From Catajapyx aquilonaris (taxonomy: Eukaryota): 37,409 nt of DNA. Shown piece by piece: positions 1 through 11,670 of this stretch. The stretch lies in the NCBI GenBank assembly GCA_000934665.2, contig KZ538989.1, forward strand, positions 1 to 37,409, written 5' to 3'. Each line of letters begins with the position of its first letter. Within the stretch, counting starts at the first letter, position 1. The notes under the pieces were generated by a model. The model was not told where the DNA came from, made no database searches, and worked only from the letters and a program-made list of their open reading frames with translations. Both the position numbers and the translations under genes were made by a program.

Positions 1-570
1 CGTTTCCGGACACGGTTTCCTATGTCAAAAATACTTGTCTTTGTCCCCTCTATTACCCCTGCAAGTCTTTGCAGAGTTACAATAGACACCCTGTATATTA
101 CTTCCATGGAGCTGTGCCTACCAACACCAGTTTGCGCTGGAATATGTGCGTAATTGATATACGCCATTCCTTGTGAAGTTGCTCAAGCGAGTAATATACA
201 TGTCATGCTGCAAGAGACGGCAGCCTACGTTATGTCTCAAATCTTCTTACTGTTTTTATATCACAGAGGATAACGAATATTAATGGGTCAAATTACCACA
301 TGCCTATGACAGGCAGTTGTTACATAACAGTCAAGTGATCGGTCCAAATGAATGCAACAGGTTCATTATCAAGAAAATGCTGCAGTCTCTGTCACATATT
401 CGCAAACTGATGTCTGTGTATAACACATACACATTCTTACACAAGTCACTTGTAAATGATGATGAGATGAAATGTTTTGCGTACACAATACGCAATGAGA
501 GCCAGAAACCCAGAAAGCAAAGCATGCAAGCAAGCAGAGAGATATCTACGGTGCTACTTCTACCACTTAC

Positions 571-705
571 TCTTCGGTGACGGCAACGAGTATAAGGTTA
601 GAGCCGGTACCAGTGAGGGTGCCGGTGCCACCCAAGTTGGCAGAAATGGCGGCTCCCATCAGCAGCATGTTTCTATACGCTTTGGCTCGCTCCATGCAAG
701 CGTGC
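571..705 (-). CDS. Indy: SLC13 TM5 exon, variant B ([45 protein letters not shown]); duplicated, candidate mutually exclusive exon
   Basis: Pyrimidine-rich acceptor TCTGTTCCCACAG ending at 706, perfect GA|GTAAGT donor at 570, 135 nt, phase 2-2, no stop, clear paralogy to variant A. Confidence 0.85.
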
Positions 706-3700
706 CTGTGGGAACAGACATGAAGAAGGACGCGCCTTTCTCAGGTGGCCTATTGCTCCTAAAGCATGCGTATGACTACTTATGATCTACCGGTGCGTGG
801 TATGGGCAGTTGTCTATGTACACAGTGCTAAGGAACACGACCAGGTTCTGTTTCTGCTCCCTCATTACGACACCTTCACCACCTTCACCTTAGCACTACC
901 ACCACCGACAAAAGTGAAAAGTGCGACACACGTCTTGCAAGTGCTGTCATGTCATAGTGGCATGTATTAGTTTCATACTAGGTGGATGGCTGCGGGTCTG
1001 CCGATGTGTTATACGTGGGGTGAATATATGTAGTGAAGCACGCTTAAAATACAAGTGCAAGTTTTGCCCAAGGTTACCATGAGTATAGCTGCCTTATCTG
1101 TAGCAGACAGCTAGTCGCGTTACCGGTATTTTAAACATGACCAGGTTGTAAATAGTTGAAGAGTACAGTACATTTGCATACGGCGGTAGGCTACTGGGTA
1201 TAATTGCTACTGCACTATGCAAAAAATAAGCGACCTCAAGGACATCTCCTGCATACGTGCATAATTTAAATGTACCGGTACGGGAGATTTTATATCGTTC
1301 TTTTCAGTTTTGTTACAGTTTCATGCCCTAGCTTTTTATGTCACATAAATCAGGATTTGCGTGCAGTAATATCAATCTGTAAAGCTGGGTTTAACATAAT
1401 TCTGAACAAAACAAAATGGTCTAATTAAGAATAAGTGTACTTAACGAATCTTATTGCATAATGCACATACATAACTCCTGTGCGGCAACATCCTGACATA
1501 TATATTCTTTTGATTACAGTGATTAATCACATTAATTACAGGTTTTCCCAGCCAAGTTGGAGGCAAGAACACTTAGAACGCGGCCATTTATTTTATCACC
1601 GAGGAACATTGCCCACTGGGCACATATACGACGCAAATAGCTTTCTGTTGCGAATAAGGGCAACTAACTCACACCATCCTTGCACACTACAAGGGGTCTG
1701 TAAATACCAGTAACCATTTGGGGGTACTTTAAGGCAAAACCAGGTGACCAGAGATATTGTCAATTCATTCCACATTGACAGCGAGACACCAACATGGCAA
1801 TAAATCGACGCAATCTCAGTGAGGCAGGGCAGAAGAACCAAAGGCCTTTGAAAAGCAGACGTGAACAGCAGTGTCCAGCAAGTGGTATATGTCTGTTGAC
1901 CGGCGTAGCTGTCCAAAGCAACTTACTCCTCGATGAATCCGGCCAGGATGATGTTCGGCACCGTACCGGTGAGGATCCCCGTGCCTCCGATGTTAGCAGA
2001 GTAGCAGACGCCCAACAGGATCATGGTCCGCACCACGTGCCACGAAGGGTTGCTGCTAGTCAAAGAGGAGAGTGGAGAGGTTGTCGAAGGTGTGGAAGGA
2101 CAAGAAGAAGGCGACGAAGATGTGATTGTAGGTAAGGGGCTATGGGCTGCAGGGAGGGAGGATGGGGGGTCCTCCCATCTCCTGCCGATCACGGTGATGA
2201 CTCCCTTGGTGTGTCCTCCTAATATGCTGTTGCTGCTCCGCCTCCTACACAAGCACTGTCTGCGAGAAGCCTACCATCAGGTGGCTCCACACACAGCACA
2301 CCACATATCGGCATTTGTGCAACCATCACCCGCTCATATATATGTGCAGTTTGGCCCCAGAAAGCGAGAAAGAGAGACGACTCAATGCACCCCCAGCAGA
2401 TACGTTGCCAATGTACAGCAAATTGAGGGGCGTTCGACATTTGCGCGAATGACCACCATCAGGTCGTGATTATATGGTGGAATATACTGGATACATGACA
2501 ACTGCTTACGGTGATTATTCTCGACCGATATTACTGGTCTTTACAATGATTTAGCTTATTTTTCAAGGCTGTTAGGGACAGTTGAGAAGCACATTACATC
2601 TAGACTGTCCCTATATAATTACCTGATTCTTAAAAAAGAGTTACGCTTGAAAAATTGTCGATTCGGTCATCGTCTCGATTTGTACCATATCTCTTATAGA
2701 TATAATCATTTAGAACAAAAAAGAGATTAAGTAGGAGTAAAAAATGCCCTTGTAAGTAATCCCATGACGCAAAATCTCTTTCTGAATCCAGAGCAAAAAA
2801 AATAAGCCGCATTTCTTTGCATGCGTATGATTAATTGCCGCGAATGAAAATTCTAAACGTAATCCGAATTTATCATTACAAATCGTGCACAGTCATTGAA
2901 ACAAGTTTTTTTTTCCATAAATAAAAATATACGCCGCAAAGAAAGACGGTGTGTTAACATATAGTGGATTCCAACAGGATTCTGCAGTCGCTCACCTGTC
3001 ATGATTCGCGGGATCAGAGGATGAGTTGAGACCAGACGTAGGCGAGTTTCCCCCATCGCCATTGACGATGACCGTCGTGGCAATGCGACCGTCAACTGCA
3101 TCCTCCTTACCCTTGATGGCCTGCAAACTCACATGGTTGGCCACATGGTGTAAGTCGGTCAAGGGTACGTGACCCCGCGTCGCAGCCGCCGCCTCTTCTT
3201 CATCCGCCGCGTCCATCTGCAATGTCAAAAAAGCAACAATACAGTCTCCCTCTGTATGTACCAACAGAAAATGTTTCCGCACTTTGCTAAGCTCATCCAA
3301 TATGGCGTTGGCAATGGGCAGCATCATGGCCACCGCCGCAGTGTTAGAGATCCACATGGACAGAAACATGGTGGTCAACATGATGCCAATCAGCAAGCTG
3401 CAACGAGGGGGTTAAAGATCTGGGTTAATTATTATCCGCAGATGACGAAACAATAGGATTTCAAGTGTCCATCAGGAGGAGCAACGCAGTTTGTGGCCGT
3501 GCCCCCGCAAAACCTGCTATGTTCCGGCTAGTTTGATGCCAACCCATTTGTCTATGGCAAGGTCACTCCCTTATGGACTTGCATATGAAGCCAAAGACAG
3601 GTATGAGGAATGAATGACGGACGTCAGAAAGGGGCCTCCCAGGAGAGCGAATTAGATGGCGCCAGCACACTTTTTTATATATTATATGCAACTGACCACT

Positions 3701-6700
3701 CCTCCAGCCCCTATCATCCAGACCTATTCCAAGAAGTGGGGCTGGAGGCCAAGATGGAATGGAGGGCAAGGAGAGCATAATCTGCAAGTGCACTTGAAAG
3801 AGGAGGAGATTAATTACAATCTTGGGCTGGTTCCGACGGTTAGGAGGACCAAGAGGGCGATGCGTTTGTGCAAGTTGCAGTGTTCCACGGCAATGGCCAC
3901 GATTAGGCCACCGACGAACATCATGTTGGTGTCCTTCATGTACTGGATGCTCACGTCCTTGCTGCTCATCACGCCCAGAAGGGGGAAGAGGACCATGGGT
4001 AGTAGGGCAGTCACAGCCAGAGGAAGGGCCTCTGTCATCCAGAAGACGGCCATCAGGATCACCACATAGCCGCAGTTGGCCTCCTGAAACATGACATTCT
4101 TCGTCAGGAACATCGAATATGTCATCGAAATATTTTTAAAATCTGATACATATATTTCACAACGTATGTCTGTACGTTCCCGATGCAAATCAATACGAAG
4201 GCTTCGACATATGCCCCAGGGGGATCATTAGGGGTAGTTTTTAACGGGGAAGGTTTTTAGTGCATTGGATTTGACCTCCGAGGTCATCCTTGGCCGCAGG
4301 AGGCGATAAGGACTTCATGCACATGCAATATGCTGCTCCATGTGCTAATATTAGCCATAATTATTGCAAAGCTAACTACCAAATCAATGAGTTACTCCTA
4401 TGGAAAAGTATTTCATAACCCGAGCAACGCCGGGTATCCTGCTAGTTTCAGATACTCGAGATACCGGTTCTACGGTGTGTTTTGATTGGCATGCCAATGT
4501 ATCGTCAGAGAAGGACTAATAAATGCAGAGGCTCGCGTGCTCCGTCGTCACTCAGTCGCTAATTATTACGGCGAGGGATTACATTACGTAAAGAGTCATC
4601 CCCGTGGGTTACATATACTACATTGCTAATAAGTATCCATTGTCGACTTGTAGAAAGGTTCAGTTTTGTGCCTTGACCTCAGCAAGGAATATACGACAAA
4701 AAAATGGCACGAGGAAGTGCGATAGAATGATGAAGGACACAATAAGGAGAAATTCGGAAATTACTGAACAAGAAAAAAATACCGAGGAGCACAGGCAGCG
4801 GTATCACAAAAAGATACACTGTCGGTGCACTTATTATAGTGCACTCTAGGAATAGGATACCATAATTGACGGGACATGCCATGGCATGTCCTGCAATTAC
4901 GGTATCCTATTCCAAATTATCCATCATTATCCTGTGGTGGTCGCCCACAACCATAATTTATTTTGTCAAAAATATAAAATTGATTAGAAAGCATGCAAAG
5001 TGCACATCGGTGCAAGTGACCTTCACTTTTTATCTGGGAGATCTACGTGTACGGTATGCCTGTTTCCGCCGAAAACCATATCTGCCATCCAGGCAATTTG
5101 CCGTCACTCCCACACCCCAGATATGCAAAGTAGCCATAACTCACCCTCATTGCAACAAAACAAATGCATAAATGACTATATTAAGCATATATCGAAGTGC
5201 ATATTACGTCTGTGAAATTAACATCTAAACATCACCGTTTCTCAACATGTCTTCTAAAAACACATGTTGAGAAACGGTGATGTTTCACAGACGTATCTTC
5301 TAAAAACACATGTACTAGGAATAGACCATGCACCTGTGGAAATGTTGACAATTGACGCCATAATGGGGTGGGTATGTGATGCAATGAATTTGTCAAGCAC
5401 AACGCACCTGATGGCAACCCAAGAGGGATGGGAGCGTGTCCTTTCAACCCCCTTTCCTATTGAATGAAGCTGGGCTCTATGGGCACGCGATGTAGTATAT
5501 GCTAGGGCAAATAGGCGGAAACAGAGATGGTCAGAAGCTGGTCACCATTTCCGGCGACGGCAGGCACATGCCACATGAGTGAAGGGTTGAATTGCTAAGC
5601 TATGGGCACATAACTCGTCAGCATAACTGATAAAAAAAAAAATGCGGACGACATATCGTCGAAAAATTTTGAGATCACTAAAATATTGGTTGTCCGGAAC
5701 TTTTTACTCATTGTTGTACGAGAAATTATAGCACTAACAATCTTCATCCATGGCATGAATGTTGACCCTCATTATCGTTCAGGAGGGTATACCACACGTG
5801 CCATACGTGATGAACTGCATGTTGCAAGCCGTGGCAGAAGACAAACAAGCAATTAAAAAGCAACTGACAATAGTAACAATTACAATAACATTTACGACTA
5901 ACGTTAATAATGTACGTGTGACATTAATACATCGTTAATTACTGTCAATATAGGCCAACGACCACTTGCGTATTGCTAAAGGTATGGTCCACGTGCTCAT
6001 TTCGCATCGAGTAGCTGGTGCAGACAAAGGTGTTAGTGCGGAGAATATAATAGTCATTATACGATGGCCGATTGGTTTCTATACTCCGTGATGACATGAC
6101 GCATTTCATTTTTACCTTCAATAACTATACACAGAAATAGCTGCATATTTGAATATGAATATAACTCATTATTGGTAATGAGAACGTGTGTGCTTTGCGG
6201 CTTCTGCACGTTAATTATATTACGTATGACAAGAGTGAAAATATCGTTCTAGATTGTGACTTTCCAGTGCGAAATCAACCCTAAGTGGCAAATAAAATTC
6301 GATCAAATTTCAACTGTTACTTTCTTTTGTGAAGGGTATGCATCACACGTAGTAGAGCATATAGAGTGGGATGGGAGGTAAGATATGAAGCAGCACATGG
6401 ATCCTCCCCTGCTCTATTGCCCAAGATCCGGGAGGGGGTGGGGGGTGGGGCAGTCGTAGACCATTACTTCTGCGACAAAAAAATGAGATATATTAGCATG
6501 GAAAATAATATTCCCTTTCATCACGCCTCACAAACTTCGCTTTCATGAACTAAACTAGCAGAAAGTTGTTAAAAGCCAGAAATGTTGTTGTGCAAACTTG
6601 GAATTTGAGCGTCTTCTTCAGGAGCGTAATTTTTTAAAATTATTTACATAAGTGTACTGTATACAAATGAAAAATTTGAATATTAAAAATTCCATTTAGG

Positions 6701-8217
6701 CAGCATTTGGTTAGAAGAATGTCCTGTAAAATATGTTGTGGAGTTTCTCGGAAGAGGCATGTTCAAAATATTTCGGGCATGGCGTGTTGTACAAAATTCG
6801 AAGGTCTAAGATTGTGGGTAGACCGGAATTTGAAGCGTAGGGGTATTATTCACTGAACCTCCCATCTTCCTCCCTACCCCTCCCGCCAAAAAAAAAAACA
6901 CACATCTAAAACACTGCAATTACTCACATAGCTACACCTGTGCATAATCTTATCCATGTAGTGATAAAACAGGTGTGTAAACTCTTCCTAAGATTCAAAT
7001 GTGTATTCGCAAAAAAACAAAAAAAACAAATTGACGTATTTTCTTTATTCTGGCATAATTTTCTATCATTGAAAACGGACTTGTTATCTGTTTAACTTTC
7101 CAAGCGTCACACCGTCGCGACGGTGCGCGTCGCGTCGTGTTACATTATATTATACACCTAGATTTTTTCAAAAATTCAGTAAGGTTTAAGTTTCCGCTTG
7201 TTCTGTAGTCTCGTGCTGCGTATATAGCCCCCCCCCCCCTGTCGCTGCATACCGATACAGTTGACTTGCAGCCTGTATTGTTTGACCATTGCCCAGAGCT
7301 ACTGAACCGTTGGAGGTGTATAATGGTGGGCAATTACTAGAAACCGCTCACACCCTGGAAGCCAAGGCCCAAAAGAGCCTCGGGGTACGCCGAATGGGGT
7401 ACGCCGAATGGCACCCCTCCGTATAGGTCGAAAGGTTTTGGTCATAGCCCGCCATACTTCCTACGTGTCCCACACCTGCTGAAGTCAAGGTGCGGCCTCC
7501 ATATGCGATAGAGGTCCAGATATTTGGATCGGGGTATCAGTTAGCATCAGGTGGAGAAGAGCCTGAAGGCACACATGTCCCTGACCACGCTCCCACATAA
7601 CATACTTGATTATTAGCATAATATCAACAGGTGGCGGAGGTGTGCGGGACAATGAGTTATGTGAGAGACTCGTTTAGCGGGCTATTGAAGGGTAACATTG
7701 TAGAGGGATGATACGATGTGTCTTGGCCTTGGATATGTTAGAAGATGGTTCATGTGAGGAGTGGGTGGGGGAGTCCGCCAGACTCATTTGGGTGATTGGA
7801 GGCGCGCGTCATTGATCGTGGTGCCAGGAGTTGGTTCGATGGATGGATGGACGGACCTCTGTGGTCACGAGGAGGTTATGAGGGGGGGCTTCTTATACCC
7901 CCTCCATCTCAATTAATTGCTTGAGTGTGCCCGCTGCGTCATTCATGGATTTGCCGTGGGACGAAGAGGTGGTTGATTGATCCCGGTACAAACCGGGTTG
8001 GATGCGTCATTGGCCCCACGAAAGTGGAGGAACAATGAAAAATGTGAAATTTGATCCCTTTCGCAAAACCCTGCCTGACATTGTGAAATTCAAGTAGTAT
8101 TAAATTGAAATATCATACCTTGGTTCCTATGGCAAGAGGCAGCGGCAGGAAGGCCAAAGGTACCAAATAGATCACCAGCCATTTCCAGTAGAGTAGAAGA
8201 GGGTGCTTGACGGCCAT
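571..8217 (-). CDS. Indy: SLC13/Indy-like sodium-dependent carboxylate/sulfate cotransporter, 5' part (gene continues left of the window); exons 8217-8119, 4083-3818, 3397-3283, 3216-2996, then 2259-1927 or 705-571
   Basis: Spliced translation gives SLC13 hallmarks: '[24 protein letters not shown]', '[12 protein letters not shown]', '[19 protein letters not shown]' (SNT motif) and '[16 protein letters not shown]'. All junctions are GT-AG with compatible phases (0,2,0,2,2). Family assignment is firm; exact orthology to Indy is not established. Confidence 0.9.
1927..2259 (-). CDS. Indy: SLC13 TM5 exon, variant A (…[34 protein letters not shown])
   Basis: TTCTCGCAG acceptor (exact 5' end less certain), GA|GTAAGT donor, phase 2-2; conserved GGxGxLTGTxPN motif. 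Confidence 0.85.
2996..3216 (-). CDS. Indy: SLC13 exon encoding the variable cytoplasmic loop (MDAADEEE...ANHD)
   Basis: TTTTTTGACATTGCAG acceptor, AG|GTGAGC donor (phase 2), open frame. Confidence 0.8.
3283..3397 (-). CDS. Indy: SLC13 exon with SNT (HPin) motif
   Basis: TTGCAG acceptor at 3398-3403; [44 protein letters not shown] donor. Confidence 0.9.
3818..4083 (-). CDS. Indy: SLC13 exon ([21 protein letters not shown]...VGTSPR)
   Basis: TTTCAG acceptor at 4084-4089, GTAATT donor ending at 3817; conserved SLC13 N-terminal transmembrane sequence. Confidence 0.93.
4418..4445 (+). mobile_element. Helitron 3' terminus (hairpin + CTAG)
   Basis: ACCCGAGCAACGCCGGGT hairpin followed by ATCCTG-CTAG|T; 5' end not identified. 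Confidence 0.7.
4849..4913. repeat. 65-bp near-perfect palindrome centred on CCATGG
   Basis: GGAATAGGATACCATAATTGACGGGACATGCCA / TGGCATGTCCTGCAATTACGGTATCCTATTCC. Confidence 0.9.
5205..5313. repeat. Inverted repeat (24-bp perfect arms 5227-5250 and 5262-5285) plus 18-bp direct repeat (5250-5267 and 5296-5313)
   Basis: AAACATCACCGTTTCTCAACATGT / ACATGTTGAGAAACGGTGATGTTT; TCTTCTAAAAACACATGT occurs twice. Confidence 0.9.
8119..8217 (-). CDS. Indy: SLC13 first coding exon ([33 protein letters not shown])
   Basis: 33-codon hydrophobic exon, too short for the ORF track, matching the SLC13 N-terminal 'P-L-x-x-L-P-L' helix. It ends AAG|GTATGA in phase 0 and joins EANCGY. A TTTCAG acceptor lies 12 nt upstream of the ATG, so an upstream exon probably exists. 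Confidence 0.85.
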
Positions 8218-9437
8218 GGAAAAATATCCCTGAAACACCCCAATTGAATGGGCTCAAATGGGCGCTTTACTTGCTGTCCCTTTTCCTTTTCGAAGCCCTT
8301 CCCTCCCCCCTCTCCCTACTTTTTTTTTTTGTTGTTATTGTCCAACAGAGAAAGGGAAAGTTGATCAGTTTGCACGGCACTCTCCCCTTCCAATCAGTCG
8401 TGCATGTTGCACTGTCACCACCACTTTAAAAAAACGACACAACACTAGTCAAATGTCACTAGGCGCCTAGTTCGAATCTGGCGCCGCACAATCCAGTGAG
8501 GTGTGCTACGGTGTTGTGGTATGTCCGCTGTGGTTGTACGCAGTTAGTTGGTCAGCTGCCCAGCCAGATGTGTGCCGGACGAGCCCTCCGAGCCTGGCTT
8601 TCTAAGTGGTTGGCCCGAGAGAGGCACTGCTCATTGGCGTAGTGCTTCTGGCATCCTTGCTCGCGCCCTCCTTCCTCCCCGATTCCCCCAACTCCCCTAG
8701 GGTGGAGGAGGGGGGATCTCCCCACCGCAGTCGCTCAATGCAAATCTATCCCTTTTTCCAGTGAATTCCTTTCGATGGGGGGGTTTTTCTTCGACTCTGC
8801 TCCTTGGCCGTAACCTTTGACCCTAACCTGAATTCAAATTCAGCGGCGGTTGCGGATTTTCATATGTAATCTGACTTCGTAGACGCCAGGGCAATTGTAT
8901 GCCGGTACAGTGATAAGAGTGGTTGTTGTAAGCGGCGGGGGTGAAGAAAAGTGGGGTAGGGTTGAGGGGTCATGATAAGGACGCATGGCGGTGTTTCAAA
9001 GTAAATGTGCGTCGGGGGGGCACATGAGTGGAAAATAAGCACACTGGAGATCTTTGTTAATGACGATGGTGTAACGGAAGCATGACGTGTGCCGGCAGCA
9101 CAAGAATAAGGCCCAATTGGTTTTGCCCAATTGGTCGTCGACGTAGCCCTACGTTGTTTTGATTCCCGGAGGGCCTGTCCACAATAAGGATGTGGGGCAA
9201 TTGCCTATGACGTGGAGCCAGTCTTCGGTGACGCAACACCGTTACTAGCAACCACGTTAATTAGGCTTGCTAGCTGTGGCTAGATAGCAGCCCTCAAGGG
9301 CGGGCCCACCCCACCCAATCCCACCCTCTCGCCACCTCCTGTCTCTTTCTACAATGCCACTGATTGACCCGAAGATTGGAGATGTGCGCGATGGAGGGGG
9401 ACATGATCTAATACCTTCTGCTCACTTGTCAGTTATC

Positions 9438-9504
<67 letters not shown>

Positions 9505-9517
9505 TTATTATTATTAT
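9438..9517. repeat. (AAT)n microsatellite, about 21 units, followed by about 5 inverted (TAT) units
   Basis: Read directly from the sequence. Confidence 0.95.
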
Positions 9518-11314
9518 CGTCGGTTCCAAAGGGCAGTGGATTCAGCGAGACTGATGACTTTCTTTGGGTTCATATTTATGTACGATATTTTTTTATGTCT
9601 GGAGTATGTTGTGAAGTTGTGAAGCAATGGAGATATCGAAGCAACAGATTAAACTAGTGTGCCAACAACATTCAATCCGTGAACCACAAGAAACCGTATA
9701 TATCTCCCTGAAACCCAATGACAAACCGACAAGTCTAAGGATCAAATCAAGAGCGGCAAGGACTTCAGATAATTGGTCATGGTGATTAGCATAATTATAG
9801 GCCTGCGTTACAAAATTCATCTCGACACGTGATACTCAATGCGAGGCAACTATGCAGTGGAGAAACTATTCCGTTTTCCGAATGTGACACATGGAAGGTT
9901 CCGAAATATTATGCAGGCCCATGAACAACATGATTTTCATGGCTGTGAATAATGGGAAGTATTCCTCTGGTATTCACATATCTAGTAATGGTAAAATATT
10001 TAACATGGCTGATGCTGCGAGGCTGGCTGGTACTGGCATGTTAACTAAAAAAAATTGTTTTGCTACACATATTATTATCACATGTCCACCTACTTCAAAT
10101 ACCACATTACTTGATATCGGGCAGAGAGATTGTGCTATATTTCGCCGTCTGCTTACGTCCCAAGAGGGAAAGGTGTACCACGCGTTTTCCTTCTTGTTAG
10201 CACCGCCTACTGACCAAGAAATGGACCACCTGAGAACGCCCAAGGGTGTTCTCAACTTTACGGCTCAGGGAGTACGTAACGGATGCTTAAAAACAAACAA
10301 TAACAATCTTATATGGATGAGCTCAGCCAAGCATAATACGTAACAATCGAATGGACATTAATCGGTGGTCATTACCAAGGGCTGCTGGTGTGCGTATAAG
10401 GGACATCGGTGTACCCAATCACGTACCCGACCCGGGTTTAGATTGAGAGGAAGGGCAGCACGTGGCCAGCAAGTGTTGTGAGCACGCATGGGTAAAGGCC
10501 AGAAGATGTCCTGGACCAGAGTGCCCATCGGCCCTCACGTAATCAACGTCGATCAAATCTCGTCGACGCAGAAAGCAGCGGATGTTGAGGGGAGTACTGC
10601 CCTCTCGGTCCATCCTTCCACTCGCCCATCACATGCACACAACTAGTCCTAACTGGAGGAACAGGGGATGTTGCCATACCCGGAGGCAACTAAAAGTGGT
10701 CGTAAAAGCGCGTCTTAACTTGGGTGCTTTGTGGCTGTCGAAATGAAGCTTTTGCGTCGAATTGTTGGTGTGTTTCTACATCCGTTGCTTGCTGACTAGT
10801 TATACCACATCACGCAAGCAAGCAGGACCAGCTGTGGGGTTGGTTGGCTGTCATTTTGTTGCAGCACCGCTTCTGAAGGTTGCTCATCATTAGCATCCGA
10901 AAAGCGCCACGCCCGGGCAGAATACCTTCCTTTGCTCAGGACTGACGCAGCAGGACAGGCAACAGGAGGACAGAAACACGCAGTCCGATGATCCCACATA
11001 AATTATCGGGTAGAACATACATTGCTGGTATGCCAATAAGCGTTCCTGGAAACAAAACATGCGGAGAATGTTTTCCTGCAACTGCGCGACTACCTTTCGA
11101 ATTTTGATGGTGGGGGAATACCCAGGGATCACAATTGCTTATTAGTTGGGTAATTCCCTGCACGCTTAAAATTTGTGTCACAAAGTTTTGCTTCCTTGTT
11201 CCTGGCGCACGGTTCACTGAAGGTTAGAATTCCGATGTGGTGTTTAAACACATTCAATTGTGCAAGAGTTTACAAATATGCCTATCACGATCGCGATAAG
11301 AGGTTTGACAGGTC

Positions 11315-11331
11315 NNNNNNNNNNNNNNNNN
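11315..11331. other. Assembly gap (17 N) adjoining a poly-C run
   Basis: N characters in the sequence. Confidence 1.
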
Positions 11332-11527
11332 CCCCCCCCCCCCCCCGGAGCTCTGTTGGCGATTAAGTTAGTCTAGGCGCTGAGATAAGTCAGTTTACAA
11401 TGTGTAAAGCTGGTAAAGTCTATATGATTCATATAATGTTCCTCATTAGTCATGAATGTTGTTGAAATTGTTGATTATTATACAGTCGACACAAAAACAC
11501 TATTATCTGCTTATTATTTTCTCCGCC

Positions 11528-11670
11528 GAAGCAGCGGGAGGTCCTGGGTTCGACTCTCGGGACCGGAGATCCTGACCGTGCTTTTCTGTGGTTTTCCACA
11601 GTCCCCCCAGGATAATTCCGGGATCGCTTCAGTAAATAGGCCACAGCCGCTTCCTTCCCTATCCTTGGCC
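11528..11670 (+). mobile_element. tRNA-derived SINE, copy with internal deletion of the A box
   Basis: CGGGAGGTCCTGGGTTCGA...TTTTCTGTGGTTT.CCAC.GTCCCCCCAGGA.AATTCC.GGAT.GCTTC...CCACAGCCGCTTCCTTCC matches the reverse complement of 25330-25514. Confidence 0.8.

Noticed and set aside
7110..7125. 16-bp perfect palindrome CACCGTCGCGACGGTG
   Set aside because: Too short and isolated to assign a function.
7382..7410. GGGGTACGCCGAAT repeated twice
   Set aside because: Simple 14-bp tandem duplication with no spacers; not CRISPR-like.
9354..9554. ORF with a poly-isoleucine run
   Set aside because: It is just the translation of the (AAT)n microsatellite.
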